Shown: positions 17,666-28,240 of the stretch, piece after piece | Numbering within the stretch: position 1 is the first letter of the stretch | Layout of the letters: every line of letters starts with the position of its first letter | Origin: Planctomycetota bacterium | GTDB lineage: Bacteria; Planctomycetota; UBA8108; UBA1146 | Length of the DNA: 55,549 bases | Assembly: GCA_036338595.1 (NCBI GenBank) | Contig: JAYZBV010000019.1 | Location: 1-55,549, forward strand | Direction of reading: 5' to 3' | Made by a program: the position numbers and the translations under genes | The notes under the pieces: generated by a model | What the model was told of the DNA's origin: nothing | Database searches by the model: none | The model's input: only the letters and a program-made list of their open reading frames with translations

Positions 17666-18598
17666 ATGTCGCTGGTGGTTGTTGGAAGTGTTGCATTTGA
17701 CAGCATCGAAACTCCCGATGGATCGGTCGAGGACACCCTCGGTGGCTCAGCGGTACATTTCTCGCTCGCTGCTGCGTTGTTTGGTCCTGTCCAGCTCGTC
17801 GGAGTGGTCGGCGAGGACTTCTCGGCGGAATGCCACGACACCTTGCGCGAAAAAGGAGTCAGCACCGAGGGGCTCGAGGTGATCCCGGGAGGAAAGACAT
17901 TCCGCTGGTCCGGTAGATATTTCGACGACATGGATCAGAGGGAAACTCTCCGTACCGAACTCAATGTGTTCGAGAAATTCCAACCCACCCTGCCGGCTGA
18001 ATACTGTCGGGCGGGGTTCCTGTATCTTGGTAACGGGGCGCCCGTGACCCAGTCGAGCGTGCTCGACCAGATGAGTGGTAACCCCTTCTCCGTGGTGGAT
18101 ACGATGAACTTCTGGATCGATGGAAACAGATCGGAGCTACTCGAACTGCTCGGTCGTGTCGACGCACTGGTTCTCAACGACGAGGAGGCGTACCTGCTCA
18201 CCGGCGAGAAGAACCTGGTCAGGGCAGGCCGCAGCATTCGCGAGATGGGACCGAGCATCGTCATCGCCAAGAAGGGGCAGCATGGAGCCACCATCTTCCA
18301 TGAAGGCGGTGAGACGGCGTTGCCGGCCCTGCCGCTGGCCGAAGTTGTGGATCCGACCGGGGCTGGCGATTCCTTTGCCGGCGGCATGATGGGAAGTCTG
18401 CAGAGTTGCGGCAGCGTCGATCTCGAGACACTCAAGGTCGCCGTGGCGTGGGGCACGGTCACCGCTTCCTTCTGTTGCGGGGGGTATGGAGTCGAGGGGC
18501 TGCTCAAGGCAGACCCCGTGTCGCTGCGCGAGAGATTCGAACAGTACCGTAAGATGCTGGATCTCCAACCTCTGGAGATTCCGCTGACCTCGAACTGA
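17666..18598 (+). CDS. PfkB/ribokinase family carbohydrate kinase
   Basis: VVGSVAFDSIETP, LGGSA, NDEEA, VVDPTGAGDSFAGG. Confidence 0.9.
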   Translation: MSLVVVGSVAFDSIETPDGSVEDTLGGSAVHFSLAAALFGPVQLVGVVGEDFSAECHDTLREKGVSTEGLEVIPGGKTFRWSGRYFDDMDQRETLRTELNVFEKFQPTLPAEYCRAGFLYLGNGAPVTQSSVLDQMSGNPFSVVDTMNFWIDGNRSELLELLGRVDALVLNDEEAYLLTGEKNLVRAGRSIREMGPSIVIAKKGQHGATIFHEGGETALPALPLAEVVDPTGAGDSFAGGMMGSLQSCGSVDLETLKVAVAWGTVTASFCCGGYGVEGLLKADPVSLRERFEQYRKMLDLQPLEIPLTSN

Positions 18599-18650
18599 TC
18601 GGTAGACAATCCGCTTGCCCTTGCGAGAGGAATTGACGAGAGGGTGTGAT

Positions 18651-19598
18651 GTGACCTCGTGTGAAGACCTCTCCCGACAGCACCAGCCACTCACTGATCT
18701 GTTCATGCAGCCAACCACACAGCACCAGTGGTCAGATCACGCAATCTCCCGCCCGCAGCTCGATCATTTCGAGAAGCACGGATTTGTCTCGGGAATACCG
18801 GTGTTGCAGCCGGAGCAGGTGGAAGTCTTCAGAGAGCAGTTGTCACGCCTGATGGATCCATCTCATCCGGGCAACTCTCTCTTTTACGAGTTTCATTCCA
18901 ACGAGTCGAACGATCCAGACACCGTGCTCTTCCATGCTCTCGGTGGTTGGCGCATCGAGAATGCATTTCACGACCTCCTCTACTGCCCCAGGCTACGCAT
19001 GATCGCATATCAACTGCTGGGTGCTGCGGTGCGTTTCTTTCACGATCAACTCTTCTGCAAGCCACCCGCTCAAGGAGGAGTGGTGTCGTGGCATCAGGAC
19101 TACTCCTACTGGACCTGGACCCAGCCGATGGCGCATCTGACCTGCTGGATCGCGCTCGATGATGCAACGATCGAGAATGGCTGCCTGAACTACCTCCCCG
19201 GATCGCATCGGTGGGGATTACTTCCCATCACCGGACTCTCCGGAGACATGAACGCTGTGGGGGAGATCCTCGATCCTGATCAGCGCGCGGCTCTGTCTGA
19301 ACCGGTCGCAGTACCGTTGCGTGCCGGGGAAGCAGTATTTCATCATCCACTGGTGATGCATGGATCGCAGCGCAACCGCACCAGATCGCATCGGCGTGCG
19401 GCAGTGATCAATTATGTCGCCGATGGGGTCTGGTCGCATCCGGCAACGCTGGAGGGCCCGGGAAGCGAGTCCTTCCCCATCTTGCCTGAGGGGCAACCTC
19501 TCGGCGGTACCTTCTATCCACTGCTCTTTGATCCGCAAAGAGAACTGGCGGGAGAGACGAGCCAGATCCCCTCCCTCCCCTCTTCCCTGGGTACCTGA
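18651..19598 (+). CDS. Phytanoyl-CoA dioxygenase (PhyH) family Fe(II)/2OG dioxygenase
   Basis: DQLFCKP, SWHQDYSYW (HxD), CWIALDDATIENGCL..PGSH, VMHGS..N...RRA; GTG 18651 after GAGAGGG. Confidence 0.87.
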   Translation: MTSCEDLSRQHQPLTDLFMQPTTQHQWSDHAISRPQLDHFEKHGFVSGIPVLQPEQVEVFREQLSRLMDPSHPGNSLFYEFHSNESNDPDTVLFHALGGWRIENAFHDLLYCPRLRMIAYQLLGAAVRFFHDQLFCKPPAQGGVVSWHQDYSYWTWTQPMAHLTCWIALDDATIENGCLNYLPGSHRWGLLPITGLSGDMNAVGEILDPDQRAALSEPVAVPLRAGEAVFHHPLVMHGSQRNRTRSHRRAAVINYVADGVWSHPATLEGPGSESFPILPEGQPLGGTFYPLLFDPQRELAGETSQIPSLPSSLGT

Positions 19599-19763
19599 AG
19601 CCTGGAGTGACAGCGTAGTGGTGAGGTCCCCTTGCGGGCTTCCTCCCATCTCATCAGAATGACGCCCAGGTTGCCGACCCGGGATCAAGGTGTTGGCACG
19701 CGGATGGATTTCCTGCCCCTGCTATCAGAGTCGGGGCTCTCTCGAGGAGAGTTGGGACCGAAG

Positions 19764-22403
19764 ATGCGAGTGGCACAGATTCGAAGCCAGTTTCTCGAGT
19801 TCTTCCGCGAGAAGGGCCACGAGGTGGTTGCATCCAGTCCCGTGGTGCCACACGAGGATCCGACACTGCTGTTTGCCAATGCAGGAATGAACCAGTTCAA
19901 GTCCGTCTTCACCGGCGAGGAAAAGCGAGCGTATTCTCGTGCCAGTTCATCTCAGAAGTGCATCCGCGCCGGCGGCAAGCACAACGACCTCGAAAATGTT
20001 GGTTACACTGCTCGACATCTGACCTTCTTCGAGATGCTGGGGAATTTCTCCTTTGGAGACTACTTCAAGGAGGATGCGTGTGCCTGGGCGTGGGAACTGG
20101 TCACCGATCAGTTCGGCATCGATGGGGATCGAGTCTGGATCTCGGTGTACGACCAGGATGATGATGCGAGGCAGATCTGGGCAGACCGGGTCGGGGTTCC
20201 AGCCGATCGGATCGTCGGACTCGGTGAGAAGGACAACTTCTGGTCGATGGGAGATGTCGGTCCTTGTGGACCCTGTTCAGAACTCCATATCGACCGCGGT
20301 GAGCAGCAGGCTTGTGGTCAAGAATGCGCACTCGGGGTTTGCGATTGCGATCGCTGGATGGAGATCTGGAACCTCGTTTTCATGCAGTTCGAGCAGCAAG
20401 CCGATGGTTCCAGAATAGCGCTGCCGAGTCCGAGTATAGACACGGGGATGGGTCTGGAGCGAATCACCATGGTTCTTCAGGAGAAGAACACGGTGTTCGA
20501 GACCGATCTGATGGCGGGAATCATCGATCGTATTGCAGATGCGACGGGAGTTGCGGCTTCCACCGGGCCGGAGGGCACTCCACACCGGGTCATCGCAGAT
20601 CATCTTCGGAGCCTCTCCTTCGCCATCGCCGATGGAGCATTTCCATCCAACGAGGAGCGTGGCTATGTGCTGCGCAGAATCCTGCGGAGAGCGAGTCGTT
20701 ACGGCTACAAACTCGGTATGGAAACTCCCTTCATCCATCAACTGGTCGGCGATCTGGTGTCGGAGATGTCTGACGCTTATCCGGAGTTGCTCGAGCGCCA
20801 GACGCTGATAGAGAAACTGGTTCATTCGGAAGAGGAACAGTTTCTTCGCACACTGAAGACCGGAATGTCTCGATTTGACGAAGAGGTCACGAGGATCGGT
20901 GGTGGTGATCAGAACCAGTTCCCCTCCTCTGCTGCATTTTTTCTTCACGATTCCTGTGGCTTTCCGATAGACCTGACCGAGCAGATGGCTCGAGAGGTGA
21001 ACCTGGAGGTGGACCGCGATGGATTTGATCAGTTGATGGACCAGCAGCGCAGCCGAAGTCGTGCCGGTAGCAAGGTGGGAGTGTCGAGCATGGAAACCTC
21101 CGCAGCAGCGAGCCGTCATACCGGTGTCGGTGAGACCGAGTTTGTTGGTTACCAGGCCAGTGAGGCAGAAGCCGCCATCAGCACGTTGATCACCGATGGG
21201 GATCAGATGTTGCTGGTGCTCGATCGGACACCCTTCTATGCAGAATCAGGTGGACAGGTCGGTGACACCGGGCACATCGAGGGAAAGGACTTCCAGCTGG
21301 AGGTGCTCGACTGCCAGAAGAACAGTGAAGGCACATTTTTCCATTCGGTTCGGATTGTCGAGGGGGATGCGGGACAGCTCCAGGCGGGTGCCGAGGTGAA
21401 CTGTCTGGTGGACCCGGATCGGCGCGGACATATCGTTCGTAACCACACGGCTACGCATCTGCTTCATGCAGCGTTGCGTGAAGTGGTGGGAGATCATGTC
21501 CAGCAGAAGGGATCGTTGGTATCACCCGAACGACTTCGTTTTGACATCAGTCACTATGAGAAGGTGACAGCAGACCAACTCATCGAAGTCGAGGAGATCG
21601 TCCAGCAGTGGGTGCTTCGCGATGTTGAATTGCAGATCCATGATGGCATTCCGATAGAGGAGGCGAAATCGCGCGGAGCGATGGCGCTGTTTGGTGAAAA
21701 ATATGGCGATCGGGTACGCCTGGTCGAAGTGCCTGATTTTTCTCTGGAACTGTGTGGTGGCATCCACTGCCAGAGAACAGGTGAAATTGGCCCGGTGGTC
21801 ATCGTTCATGAGGGGAGCGTCTCGTCGGGAGTGCGCCGCATCGAGGCGCTGACCGGTGTCGAGGGCGCACGTCGAACTCGCTCCGATGAAAAGCTGCTGC
21901 AAGATCTGGCAGCCACTCTTCGTGTTCCCAGAGAGGATCTGAAGCAGCGCATCGAAGGGCTTGTGACCGAAAATCGCTCGCTCAAGGAAGGCAAGGGAAC
22001 CGAGCCATCGAGAAATCTGCTCACGGAACTGGACGCCGGTCATGGCCAGGTGATCCGTGCCGGAGCTGCGGAACTGGTGATCGCGACGTGGCAGGATGCT
22101 CCCCAGGATCAATTGTTACAGGTCGCGGACGCGCTCAAGCGCCGTGGCGGTGATCGGGCGTTCATCCTCGTTTCCGCTGGAGACGAGGAAATTCGCTTCA
22201 TCGTCGGAACCTCCGAATCGGTGCCCAGGGGCACGGTTCACGCCGGCAAGATTGCCAAGGTAGGGGCAGGAATCCTCGGTGGAGGCGGTGGAGGACGCCC
22301 GGATATGGCCCAGGCAGGGGGCAAGGAGGTCGATCGGCTGGCCGAGGCGATCGACGAGATGAGCCGATCCCTGCACGATTCCCTGGCAGGAAAAGGCTCC
22401 TGA
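19764..22403 (+). CDS. alaS: Alanine--tRNA ligase
   Basis: DPTLLFANAGMNQFK, RHLTFFEMLGNFSFGDYFK, NHTATHLLH, ELCGGIH, GGGGGRPDMAQAGG; ATG 19764. Confidence 0.97.
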   Translation: MRVAQIRSQFLEFFREKGHEVVASSPVVPHEDPTLLFANAGMNQFKSVFTGEEKRAYSRASSSQKCIRAGGKHNDLENVGYTARHLTFFEMLGNFSFGDYFKEDACAWAWELVTDQFGIDGDRVWISVYDQDDDARQIWADRVGVPADRIVGLGEKDNFWSMGDVGPCGPCSELHIDRGEQQACGQECALGVCDCDRWMEIWNLVFMQFEQQADGSRIALPSPSIDTGMGLERITMVLQEKNTVFETDLMAGIIDRIADATGVAASTGPEGTPHRVIADHLRSLSFAIADGAFPSNEERGYVLRRILRRASRYGYKLGMETPFIHQLVGDLVSEMSDAYPELLERQTLIEKLVHSEEEQFLRTLKTGMSRFDEEVTRIGGGDQNQFPSSAAFFLHDSCGFPIDLTEQMAREVNLEVDRDGFDQLMDQQRSRSRAGSKVGVSSMETSAAASRHTGVGETEFVGYQASEAEAAISTLITDGDQMLLVLDRTPFYAESGGQVGDTGHIEGKDFQLEVLDCQKNSEGTFFHSVRIVEGDAGQLQAGAEVNCLVDPDRRGHIVRNHTATHLLHAALREVVGDHVQQKGSLVSPERLRFDISHYEKVTADQLIEVEEIVQQWVLRDVELQIHDGIPIEEAKSRGAMALFGEKYGDRVRLVEVPDFSLELCGGIHCQRTGEIGPVVIVHEGSVSSGVRRIEALTGVEGARRTRSDEKLLQDLAATLRVPREDLKQRIEGLVTENRSLKEGKGTEPSRNLLTELDAGHGQVIRAGAAELVIATWQDAPQDQLLQVADALKRRGGDRAFILVSAGDEEIRFIVGTSESVPRGTVHAGKIAKVGAGILGGGGGGRPDMAQAGGKEVDRLAEAIDEMSRSLHDSLAGKGS

Positions 22404-22418
22404 GGTGATCGGTTCTTC

Positions 22419-22447
22419 TTGACCGATTTCTAACCGACTCCTACCAT
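22419..22447 (+). promoter_or_regulatory. Sigma70-type promoter for the rpmF-plsX-fab operon
   Basis: TTGACC-17 nt-TACCAT, ~120 nt upstream of the rpmF ATG. Confidence 0.7.
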
Positions 22448-22567
22448 CCGTGCTGGACTCGAAATCTTCCTCGGGCAAGAACAGATCTCGGGGTTCGAAG
22501 CGCAAGATTGGTCGACAGATCAGGAAGCCCTGATCCTCTCACCAGTGACGACGATGGAGCAGATCAG

Positions 22568-22750
22568 ATGGCAGTACCAAAGCGAAAAACAAACCAGGCG
22601 CGAAAGCTCAAGAGACGTGCACATGATGCACTGAGCCCGATTCGCTACAGCCGTTGTACCCGCTGCAATTCCCTCACCTTGCCCCACAGCATCTGCGAAA
22701 ACTGCGGCACCTATCGTGGCCGCACACTGCTTGCGGTCGAGGACTTCTAA
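22568..22750 (+). CDS. rpmF: 50S ribosomal protein L32 (Zn-ribbon form)
   Basis: MAVPKRK...KRRAHDAL...CTRC...PHSICENCGTYRGR. Confidence 0.95.
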   Translation: MAVPKRKTNQARKLKRRAHDALSPIRYSRCTRCNSLTLPHSICENCGTYRGRTLLAVEDF

Positions 22751-22770
22751 TTCCGTCAGGAAGAAGTGAC

Positions 22771-23835
22771 ATGCCCCGCATCGCAATCGATACCATGGGG
22801 GGGGATCAAGCCCCTGCCGTTCCCATCGCTGGCGCCATCCGCGCCGTCTCGGAGCACCCGGATCTCGAGGTGGCTCTGGTGGGGCCCTCAGACCTGATCG
22901 AGGAGAGACTGGCATCTGCAGGGTGCGACGAGGCTCGCATCCAGATCGTGCATTGCAGCGAATGGGTCACGATGGATGACTCTCCTGTCGAGGCGCTGCG
23001 AACCAAGCCCGATTCTTCCCTGAATGTGATGGTCAGACTGCACAAGGAGAAAGCGGTGGACGGCATCTTCAGTGCCGGGAACACCGGGGCGATGGTAGCC
23101 GCATGTACGATGCATCTGAGAATGCTCGAGGGTGTACGGCGACCGGCGATCGCATTACCACTGCCGTGCGGAGATACCCCGGTGATGCTCTGTGATGGCG
23201 GCGCCAATGTCGAATGCAAGCCGGTGCACCTGCTCCAGAACGCCATCATGGCGGCAACCGTTCTTCGCTGTGCCTATTCGGTCGAAAATCCAAGGGTCGG
23301 ACTGCTCAATGTCGGATCGGAAAAGGACAAGGGTCACAGCCTCGCCAAGGAAGCCTTCCAGTTGCTGGAGAAGAGCGGACTCCAGTTCACTGGAAATGTC
23401 GAGGGAAGTGATATCTTCCAGTCCGATGTGGATGTGGTGGTGTGCGACGGATTTGTAGGAAATGTCGTGCTCAAGACTGCCGAGGGATTCTCGGAGGAGT
23501 TGTTTCAGATCCTGGCTGCGGAACTCGGCGACGGCCTCGCCGATACTGGTGACGACAGTGGTTCGTCGGGTGCTCTACTCGAGCGAGGGCTGCAGCGTAT
23601 CAGGAGCCGATTCGATTATTCCGAGTATGGCGGCGCTCCGTTGCTCGGCCCGAGGGGCGTTTGCACCATCGGCCACGGCAGAAGTGACGAAAAGGCGGTT
23701 TCCAATGCGCTCGGGTGGACCCTTCGAATGATCGAAACGGGAGTTCAGCAAGACGTGATCGAGTCGATCCGCACCGAGATGGAGATGGTCGAATCCGTGG
23801 GGTCAGGGCAAGCAGAGTCGAGCGCCAGTAGCTAG
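22771..23835 (+). CDS. plsX: Phosphate acyltransferase PlsX
   Basis: IAIDTMGGDQAP, SAGNTGA, DGGANVECKP, VVVCDGFVGNVVLK, YGGAPLLG, IGHGRS. Confidence 0.95.
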   Translation: MPRIAIDTMGGDQAPAVPIAGAIRAVSEHPDLEVALVGPSDLIEERLASAGCDEARIQIVHCSEWVTMDDSPVEALRTKPDSSLNVMVRLHKEKAVDGIFSAGNTGAMVAACTMHLRMLEGVRRPAIALPLPCGDTPVMLCDGGANVECKPVHLLQNAIMAATVLRCAYSVENPRVGLLNVGSEKDKGHSLAKEAFQLLEKSGLQFTGNVEGSDIFQSDVDVVVCDGFVGNVVLKTAEGFSEELFQILAAELGDGLADTGDDSGSSGALLERGLQRIRSRFDYSEYGGAPLLGPRGVCTIGHGRSDEKAVSNALGWTLRMIETGVQQDVIESIRTEMEMVESVGSGQAESSASS

Positions 23836-23849
23836 GCTTCCCCTCCGAG

Positions 23850-24833
23850 ATGGGATCCACGATGACAGATCCGTTTCCAGCACCATACCCTCGCCGAGCT
23901 CTCCTGTTCCCGGGCCAGGGCAGCCAGTTCGTTGGAATGGCGGTAGACCTGGTCGAGGCCCATCCCGTTGCCCGGTCCCTCTTTGATGAAGCCAGTACCT
24001 GTCTCGGTGAGGATCTGTTCGCCATCTGCAGCGAGGGACCGCCAGCTCGCCTCAACTCGACCGACATCAGTCAGCCTGCGATATTTACCTCCTCGATGGC
24101 TGTGTTGAGCGTGCTGGAAGGGTCAGGCGGCAAGCATCTGCTGCAATCATGCGCCACCGCTGGACTCTCGCTGGGGGAATACAGCGCCCTGGTATTTGCA
24201 GGAGCGATGCGATTCGAGGATGCGCTTGAAGTCGTGGTCGCACGGGGGAATGCGATGCAGCAAGCGTGTGAGAAGGTTGAGGGGACGATGACATCGATCC
24301 TCGGCCTCGACCTCGCAGCAGTGAAAGAAGCAGTGTCAGAGGGACAGCGAATCGGTGTGGTGTCGATTGCAAACGTCAACACCGAGACCCAGATCGTCAT
24401 CAGTGGTGAGCGGGCAGCTGTAGAGACGGCTGCACAGGTCGCGATGAAACTGGGGGCCCGACGCACGGTCGAACTCGAGGTCGCCGGCGCCTTCCATAGC
24501 CCGTTGATGGCGGACGCAACGGCCAAACTGGCGCCCCTGCTGGAGCAGGTGCAGATCAGTGAGCCGAAAGTGCCATTTTACCCCAATGTCGTGGCCCAGC
24601 AGGTTTCCGATCCAGGTCAGATCAGGGATTGTTTGTTGAAACAGGTAGAGTCTTCGGTGCTCTGGGCACCTACCATCGCTGCACTGGTGGCCGATGGCCT
24701 CGATGAGGTGATCGAGCCTGGACCCGGGAGAGTCATCGCGGGTCTCCTGAAGCAGATCGATCGTCGGATTCCGACGCGCTCCATCCTCGGGCGGGAAAGT
24801 GTCGAGGAGATCCTGGAAGGAAACGCTTCGTGA
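23850..24833 (+). CDS. fabD: Malonyl-CoA-ACP transacylase
   Basis: FPGQGSQFVGM, QPAI, AGLSLGEYSAL, VAGAFHSPLM, EPGPGRVIAGL. Confidence 0.94.
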   Translation: MGSTMTDPFPAPYPRRALLFPGQGSQFVGMAVDLVEAHPVARSLFDEASTCLGEDLFAICSEGPPARLNSTDISQPAIFTSSMAVLSVLEGSGGKHLLQSCATAGLSLGEYSALVFAGAMRFEDALEVVVARGNAMQQACEKVEGTMTSILGLDLAAVKEAVSEGQRIGVVSIANVNTETQIVISGERAAVETAAQVAMKLGARRTVELEVAGAFHSPLMADATAKLAPLLEQVQISEPKVPFYPNVVAQQVSDPGQIRDCLLKQVESSVLWAPTIAALVADGLDEVIEPGPGRVIAGLLKQIDRRIPTRSILGRESVEEILEGNAS

Positions 24834-25564
24834 TGAAATTCAAGGACCGAAAGGTGATCGTCACCGGAGGAACACGAGGCATCGGTAATGCCATCGCCGC
24901 AGGGTTCGCCGCGGCAGGTGCTCGAGTGGTGATTTCGGGCCGTGATGCAGAGGTGGCAGCAGCGAAGGCTGCGGAACTCGATGGAGATGTGCATGGCCTT
25001 GCACTCGATGTCACTGATGGAGAGAGCGTTCAGCAGTTCTTTGCAGAAGCCATGGATTGGCTCGGTGGCATCGATGTGCTGGTAGCCAATGCAGGGATCA
25101 CCAGAGATAAACTCGTGATGGCTCTCAAGGATGATGACTGGGATGATGTCATCGGAACCAACCTGCGCGGAGCATTTCTGTGCGCGCGCGAGGCGATTCG
25201 GCCGATGATCCGAAATAAAGGCGGTCGAATCATCGGTGTGACGAGTGTCATCGGGTTGACCGGGAATCCGGGCCAGGGCAATTACGCCGCCAGTAAAGCG
25301 GGCCTGATCGGACTCGTGAAATCCCTCGCCCAGGAGGTGGCGAGCCGCAACATCACCGTCAATGCGGTGGCTCCGGGAATGATCGAAACCGATATGTCAG
25401 CCGACCTTCCTCAGAAAGCGAAAGAGGCCATCGAAAGCAGGATTCCCGCCGGACGGGCAGGAACCGCCCAGGAAGTGGCCTCGGCCGTATTGTTTCTAGC
25501 CAGTGATGAGGCGTCATATATCACAGGAGAGGTGCTGAGGGTCGATGGAGGGCTTGCCTGCTAG
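24830..25564 (+). CDS. fabG: 3-oxoacyl-ACP reductase
   Basis: TGGTRGIG, NAGITRD, NYAASKAG, NAVAPGMIETDM; fab operon context. Confidence 0.94.
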   Translation: MMKFKDRKVIVTGGTRGIGNAIAAGFAAAGARVVISGRDAEVAAAKAAELDGDVHGLALDVTDGESVQQFFAEAMDWLGGIDVLVANAGITRDKLVMALKDDDWDDVIGTNLRGAFLCAREAIRPMIRNKGGRIIGVTSVIGLTGNPGQGNYAASKAGLIGLVKSLAQEVASRNITVNAVAPGMIETDMSADLPQKAKEAIESRIPAGRAGTAQEVASAVLFLASDEASYITGEVLRVDGGLAC

Positions 25565-25728
25565 GCGGCTGTTTTCAAACTATGCTGGACGATTCGCAGA
25601 TGATCCCTAGAATCGTGACGAATGCCCGGAGTGTGGAATTCCGCCCTGAAGTTGCGGAATAGCACTCTTTTCTTGCAGCCCAGAGGTGGTCCCACACCTG
25701 GAGGCCGCCAGCCAGAAGGAGGTGCTCG

Positions 25729-25968
25729 ATGAGCGTCGGAGATCAGGTCAAGGACATCATCGCTGACAAACTGGATGTTGCCAGAGACAAGGTCAAGGAC
25801 GAGGCAATCCTGCAAACGGACCTCGGAGCGGACAGCCTCGATATCGTCGAGTTGCTGATGCACCTCGAAGACAATTTTGATATGAAGATTCCTGACGAGG
25901 ACGCAGAGAAACTGAAAACCGTCGGCGACGCCATCGCGTATATCGAGGCGAATACCGTCAAGGAGTAA
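25729..25968 (+). CDS. acpP: Acyl carrier protein
   Basis: [12 protein letters not shown] (phosphopantetheine Ser), [25 protein letters not shown]. Confidence 0.96.
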   Translation: MSVGDQVKDIIADKLDVARDKVKDEAILQTDLGADSLDIVELLMHLEDNFDMKIPDEDAEKLKTVGDAIAYIEANTVKE

Positions 25969-25993
25969 GTACGCCTCCGGAAGGTGTTCCAGG

Positions 25994-27235
25994 ATGAGCA
26001 GCAGAAGGGTCGTCATCACAGGGATCGGTGTTGTATCACCGATCGGAAATGACCTTGCATCCTTCTGGAACGGGATCCTTGAGGGGCGCAACGGGGTTGG
26101 CCCCATCACCCGGTTCGACGCCTCCGAATTCAGGACGAAGTTTGCCATGGAGGTCAAGGACTTCGACCCGGAGTCGAGGGTGGACCGGAAGACCTTGCGA
26201 TTGCTCGATCGCTTCGCCCAGTTTGCGCTGGTTGCTGCAGCAGAGGCGATGGAGTACAGCGGCCTCGATCCTTCCGCTGATCCGACCCGCTACGGAGTGA
26301 TCACCGGGTCCGGAATCGGTGGACTTGGCGAGATCGAACTCCAGCACAACAACTTCAGAGACCGCGGTCCTTCCCGGATTTCTCCCTACTTCGTTCCGAA
26401 GATGATGATGAATGCTGCTTCGGGCCAGATCGCCATCCAGCACGGCTTCAAGGGTACCAATTTTGCCACTGTATCGGCATGTGCCTCGAGTCAGCACGCT
26501 CTCGGTGTGGCTCTGGATTCGATCGTGACTGGCAATTGCGATGCGGTACTCGCCGGAGGAAGCGAAGCGGCGATCACGCCTCTTGGAGTCGGCGGATTCT
26601 GCTCCCTCAAGGCGATGTCATCGCGCAATGATGAGATTTCCACCGCCATGCGTCCATTTCAGGCGAGTCGAGATGGCTTCGTCATGGGTGAGGGTGGGGC
26701 CATCTTTGTCTTCGAGGAGCTCGAGCACGCTCGCCGGCGCGATGCCAGCATCTACTGCGAGGTGCTCGGATTTGGATTCACCGACGACGCCTACCATATC
26801 ACTGCACCCGATCCACAGGCCCCGATGGCTGTCGCTGCGATGAGAGCTGCCGTCGAGAATGCAGGCCGCAACCTCGAAGAGGTCGATTACATCAACGCTC
26901 ATGGCACATCCACTCCTCTCAATGATGTGATGGAGATGCGAGCCATCCGGGAGCTATTCGGGGCGCACTCGGAGAAATTGATGGTGAGTTCCACCAAGTC
27001 CCAGGTCGGGCACCTTCTGGGTGCTTCCGGGGCGGTGGAGCTGGCTGCCATCGCAGTTGGAATTCGCGAAGGAGTGGTTCCAGCAACCATCAATCAGGTC
27101 GATCCGGACCCGGAATGCGATCTGGATTCAGTTCCCGATGAACCGCGTGAGGCTCCGATCAGGGTAGCACTGTCGAACTCCTTCGGGTTCGGCGGTCACG
27201 ACGCATGCCTTTGTCTTGGAAGATTTGAGGATTGA
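25994..27235 (+). CDS. fabF: 3-oxoacyl-ACP synthase II
   Basis: RRVVITGIG, SACAS (Cys), DAYHIT, NAHGTST, GHLLGA, SNSFGFGG. Confidence 0.95.
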   Translation: MSSRRVVITGIGVVSPIGNDLASFWNGILEGRNGVGPITRFDASEFRTKFAMEVKDFDPESRVDRKTLRLLDRFAQFALVAAAEAMEYSGLDPSADPTRYGVITGSGIGGLGEIELQHNNFRDRGPSRISPYFVPKMMMNAASGQIAIQHGFKGTNFATVSACASSQHALGVALDSIVTGNCDAVLAGGSEAAITPLGVGGFCSLKAMSSRNDEISTAMRPFQASRDGFVMGEGGAIFVFEELEHARRRDASIYCEVLGFGFTDDAYHITAPDPQAPMAVAAMRAAVENAGRNLEEVDYINAHGTSTPLNDVMEMRAIRELFGAHSEKLMVSSTKSQVGHLLGASGAVELAAIAVGIREGVVPATINQVDPDPECDLDSVPDEPREAPIRVALSNSFGFGGHDACLCLGRFED

Positions 27236-27256
27236 ACCCAACCAGCGACTCACACG

Positions 27257-28240
27257 ATGTTGAAGCCACCGAAAGGACCAGCTGAGATGAACGATGCTCC
27301 CATGAAAGTGCTGATTTCAGACCCGCTACCGCCAGAGACCCGTGAGATCCTTGAAAAGGGTGGACTCGAGGTGGTCGAGGGCATGGATCAGGTGGATGCC
27401 AGCCTCGGATCCATCGCCGGTTGGATCCTGCGATCAGGAACTCAGATCACAGCGGAACTCCTCGACAGGGCACCGGGACTCAAGTGCATTTGCCGCGCTG
27501 GTGCTGGAGTCGACAACATCGATTGCGATGCCGCAGCAGACCGCGGAATCCTCGTCATGAACACTCCTGCAGCCAATTCGAACGCTGCAGCAGAGCAGGC
27601 GCTGGGACTGATGTTTGCGTTGGCAAGAAACATCCCGCAGGGCCACATGGGAATGACCGAAGGGGGTTGGGGCCGCAAGGAACTGGTCGGGATTGAACTG
27701 GCGGGCAGGACACTGATGGTACTTGGACTCGGTAAGATCGGTCGTCGTGTTTGCAAGAAGGCGAATGCTCTGGGGATGTCGGTGCTCGCTTGTGATCCCG
27801 TTGTTGGGGCAGAAGTCGCCAGTTCCTGCGGAGCTGAGTTGTGTTCGCTGGAGGACGCCCTGGGTCGCGCAGATTTCATCTCACTACATCCTCCGCTCAA
27901 CGAATCGACCAGAGGCATGGTCAATAGTGAGTTCCTCGATCGTTGCAAGGATGGCGTCAGGATCATCAATGTCAGCCGTGGACCGGTGATCGATGAGGCG
28001 GCGCTGCTCGATGGACTGGATGGTGGCAAGGTCGCCGGGGCTGCCCTGGATGTGTACGCTGAGGAACCTCCCGCTGCTGATCATCCCTTCCGCCAGCACC
28101 CCCGTGTCATCTGCACGCCGCATCTGGGCGCATCTACCGTCGAAGCGCAGGACAATGTAGGGACGCAATCAGCGAATCAGGTCGTGGCATTTCTCACCGA
28201 AGCCAGGGTCGAGCATGCCGTCAACGCGCCCGGACTGTAA
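27257..28240 (+). CDS. serA: D-3-phosphoglycerate dehydrogenase-like (short form without ACT/ASB domains)
   Basis: RAGAGVDNID, NTPAANSNAAAE, GLGKIG, NVSRG, ALDVYAEEPP, TPHLGASTVEAQ; the start may be ATG 27287. Confidence 0.8.
   Translation: MLKPPKGPAEMNDAPMKVLISDPLPPETREILEKGGLEVVEGMDQVDASLGSIAGWILRSGTQITAELLDRAPGLKCICRAGAGVDNIDCDAAADRGILVMNTPAANSNAAAEQALGLMFALARNIPQGHMGMTEGGWGRKELVGIELAGRTLMVLGLGKIGRRVCKKANALGMSVLACDPVVGAEVASSCGAELCSLEDALGRADFISLHPPLNESTRGMVNSEFLDRCKDGVRIINVSRGPVIDEAALLDGLDGGKVAGAALDVYAEEPPAADHPFRQHPRVICTPHLGASTVEAQDNVGTQSANQVVAFLTEARVEHAVNAPGL

Noticed and set aside
22480..22510. GGTTCGAA as a tRNA T-loop
   Set aside because: Flanks do not form a T-stem or cloverleaf
23850..27235. 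Type II PKS or ladderane-type cluster
   Set aside because: Canonical FAS II genes with a single KS and ACP; no chain-length factor or radical SAM genes
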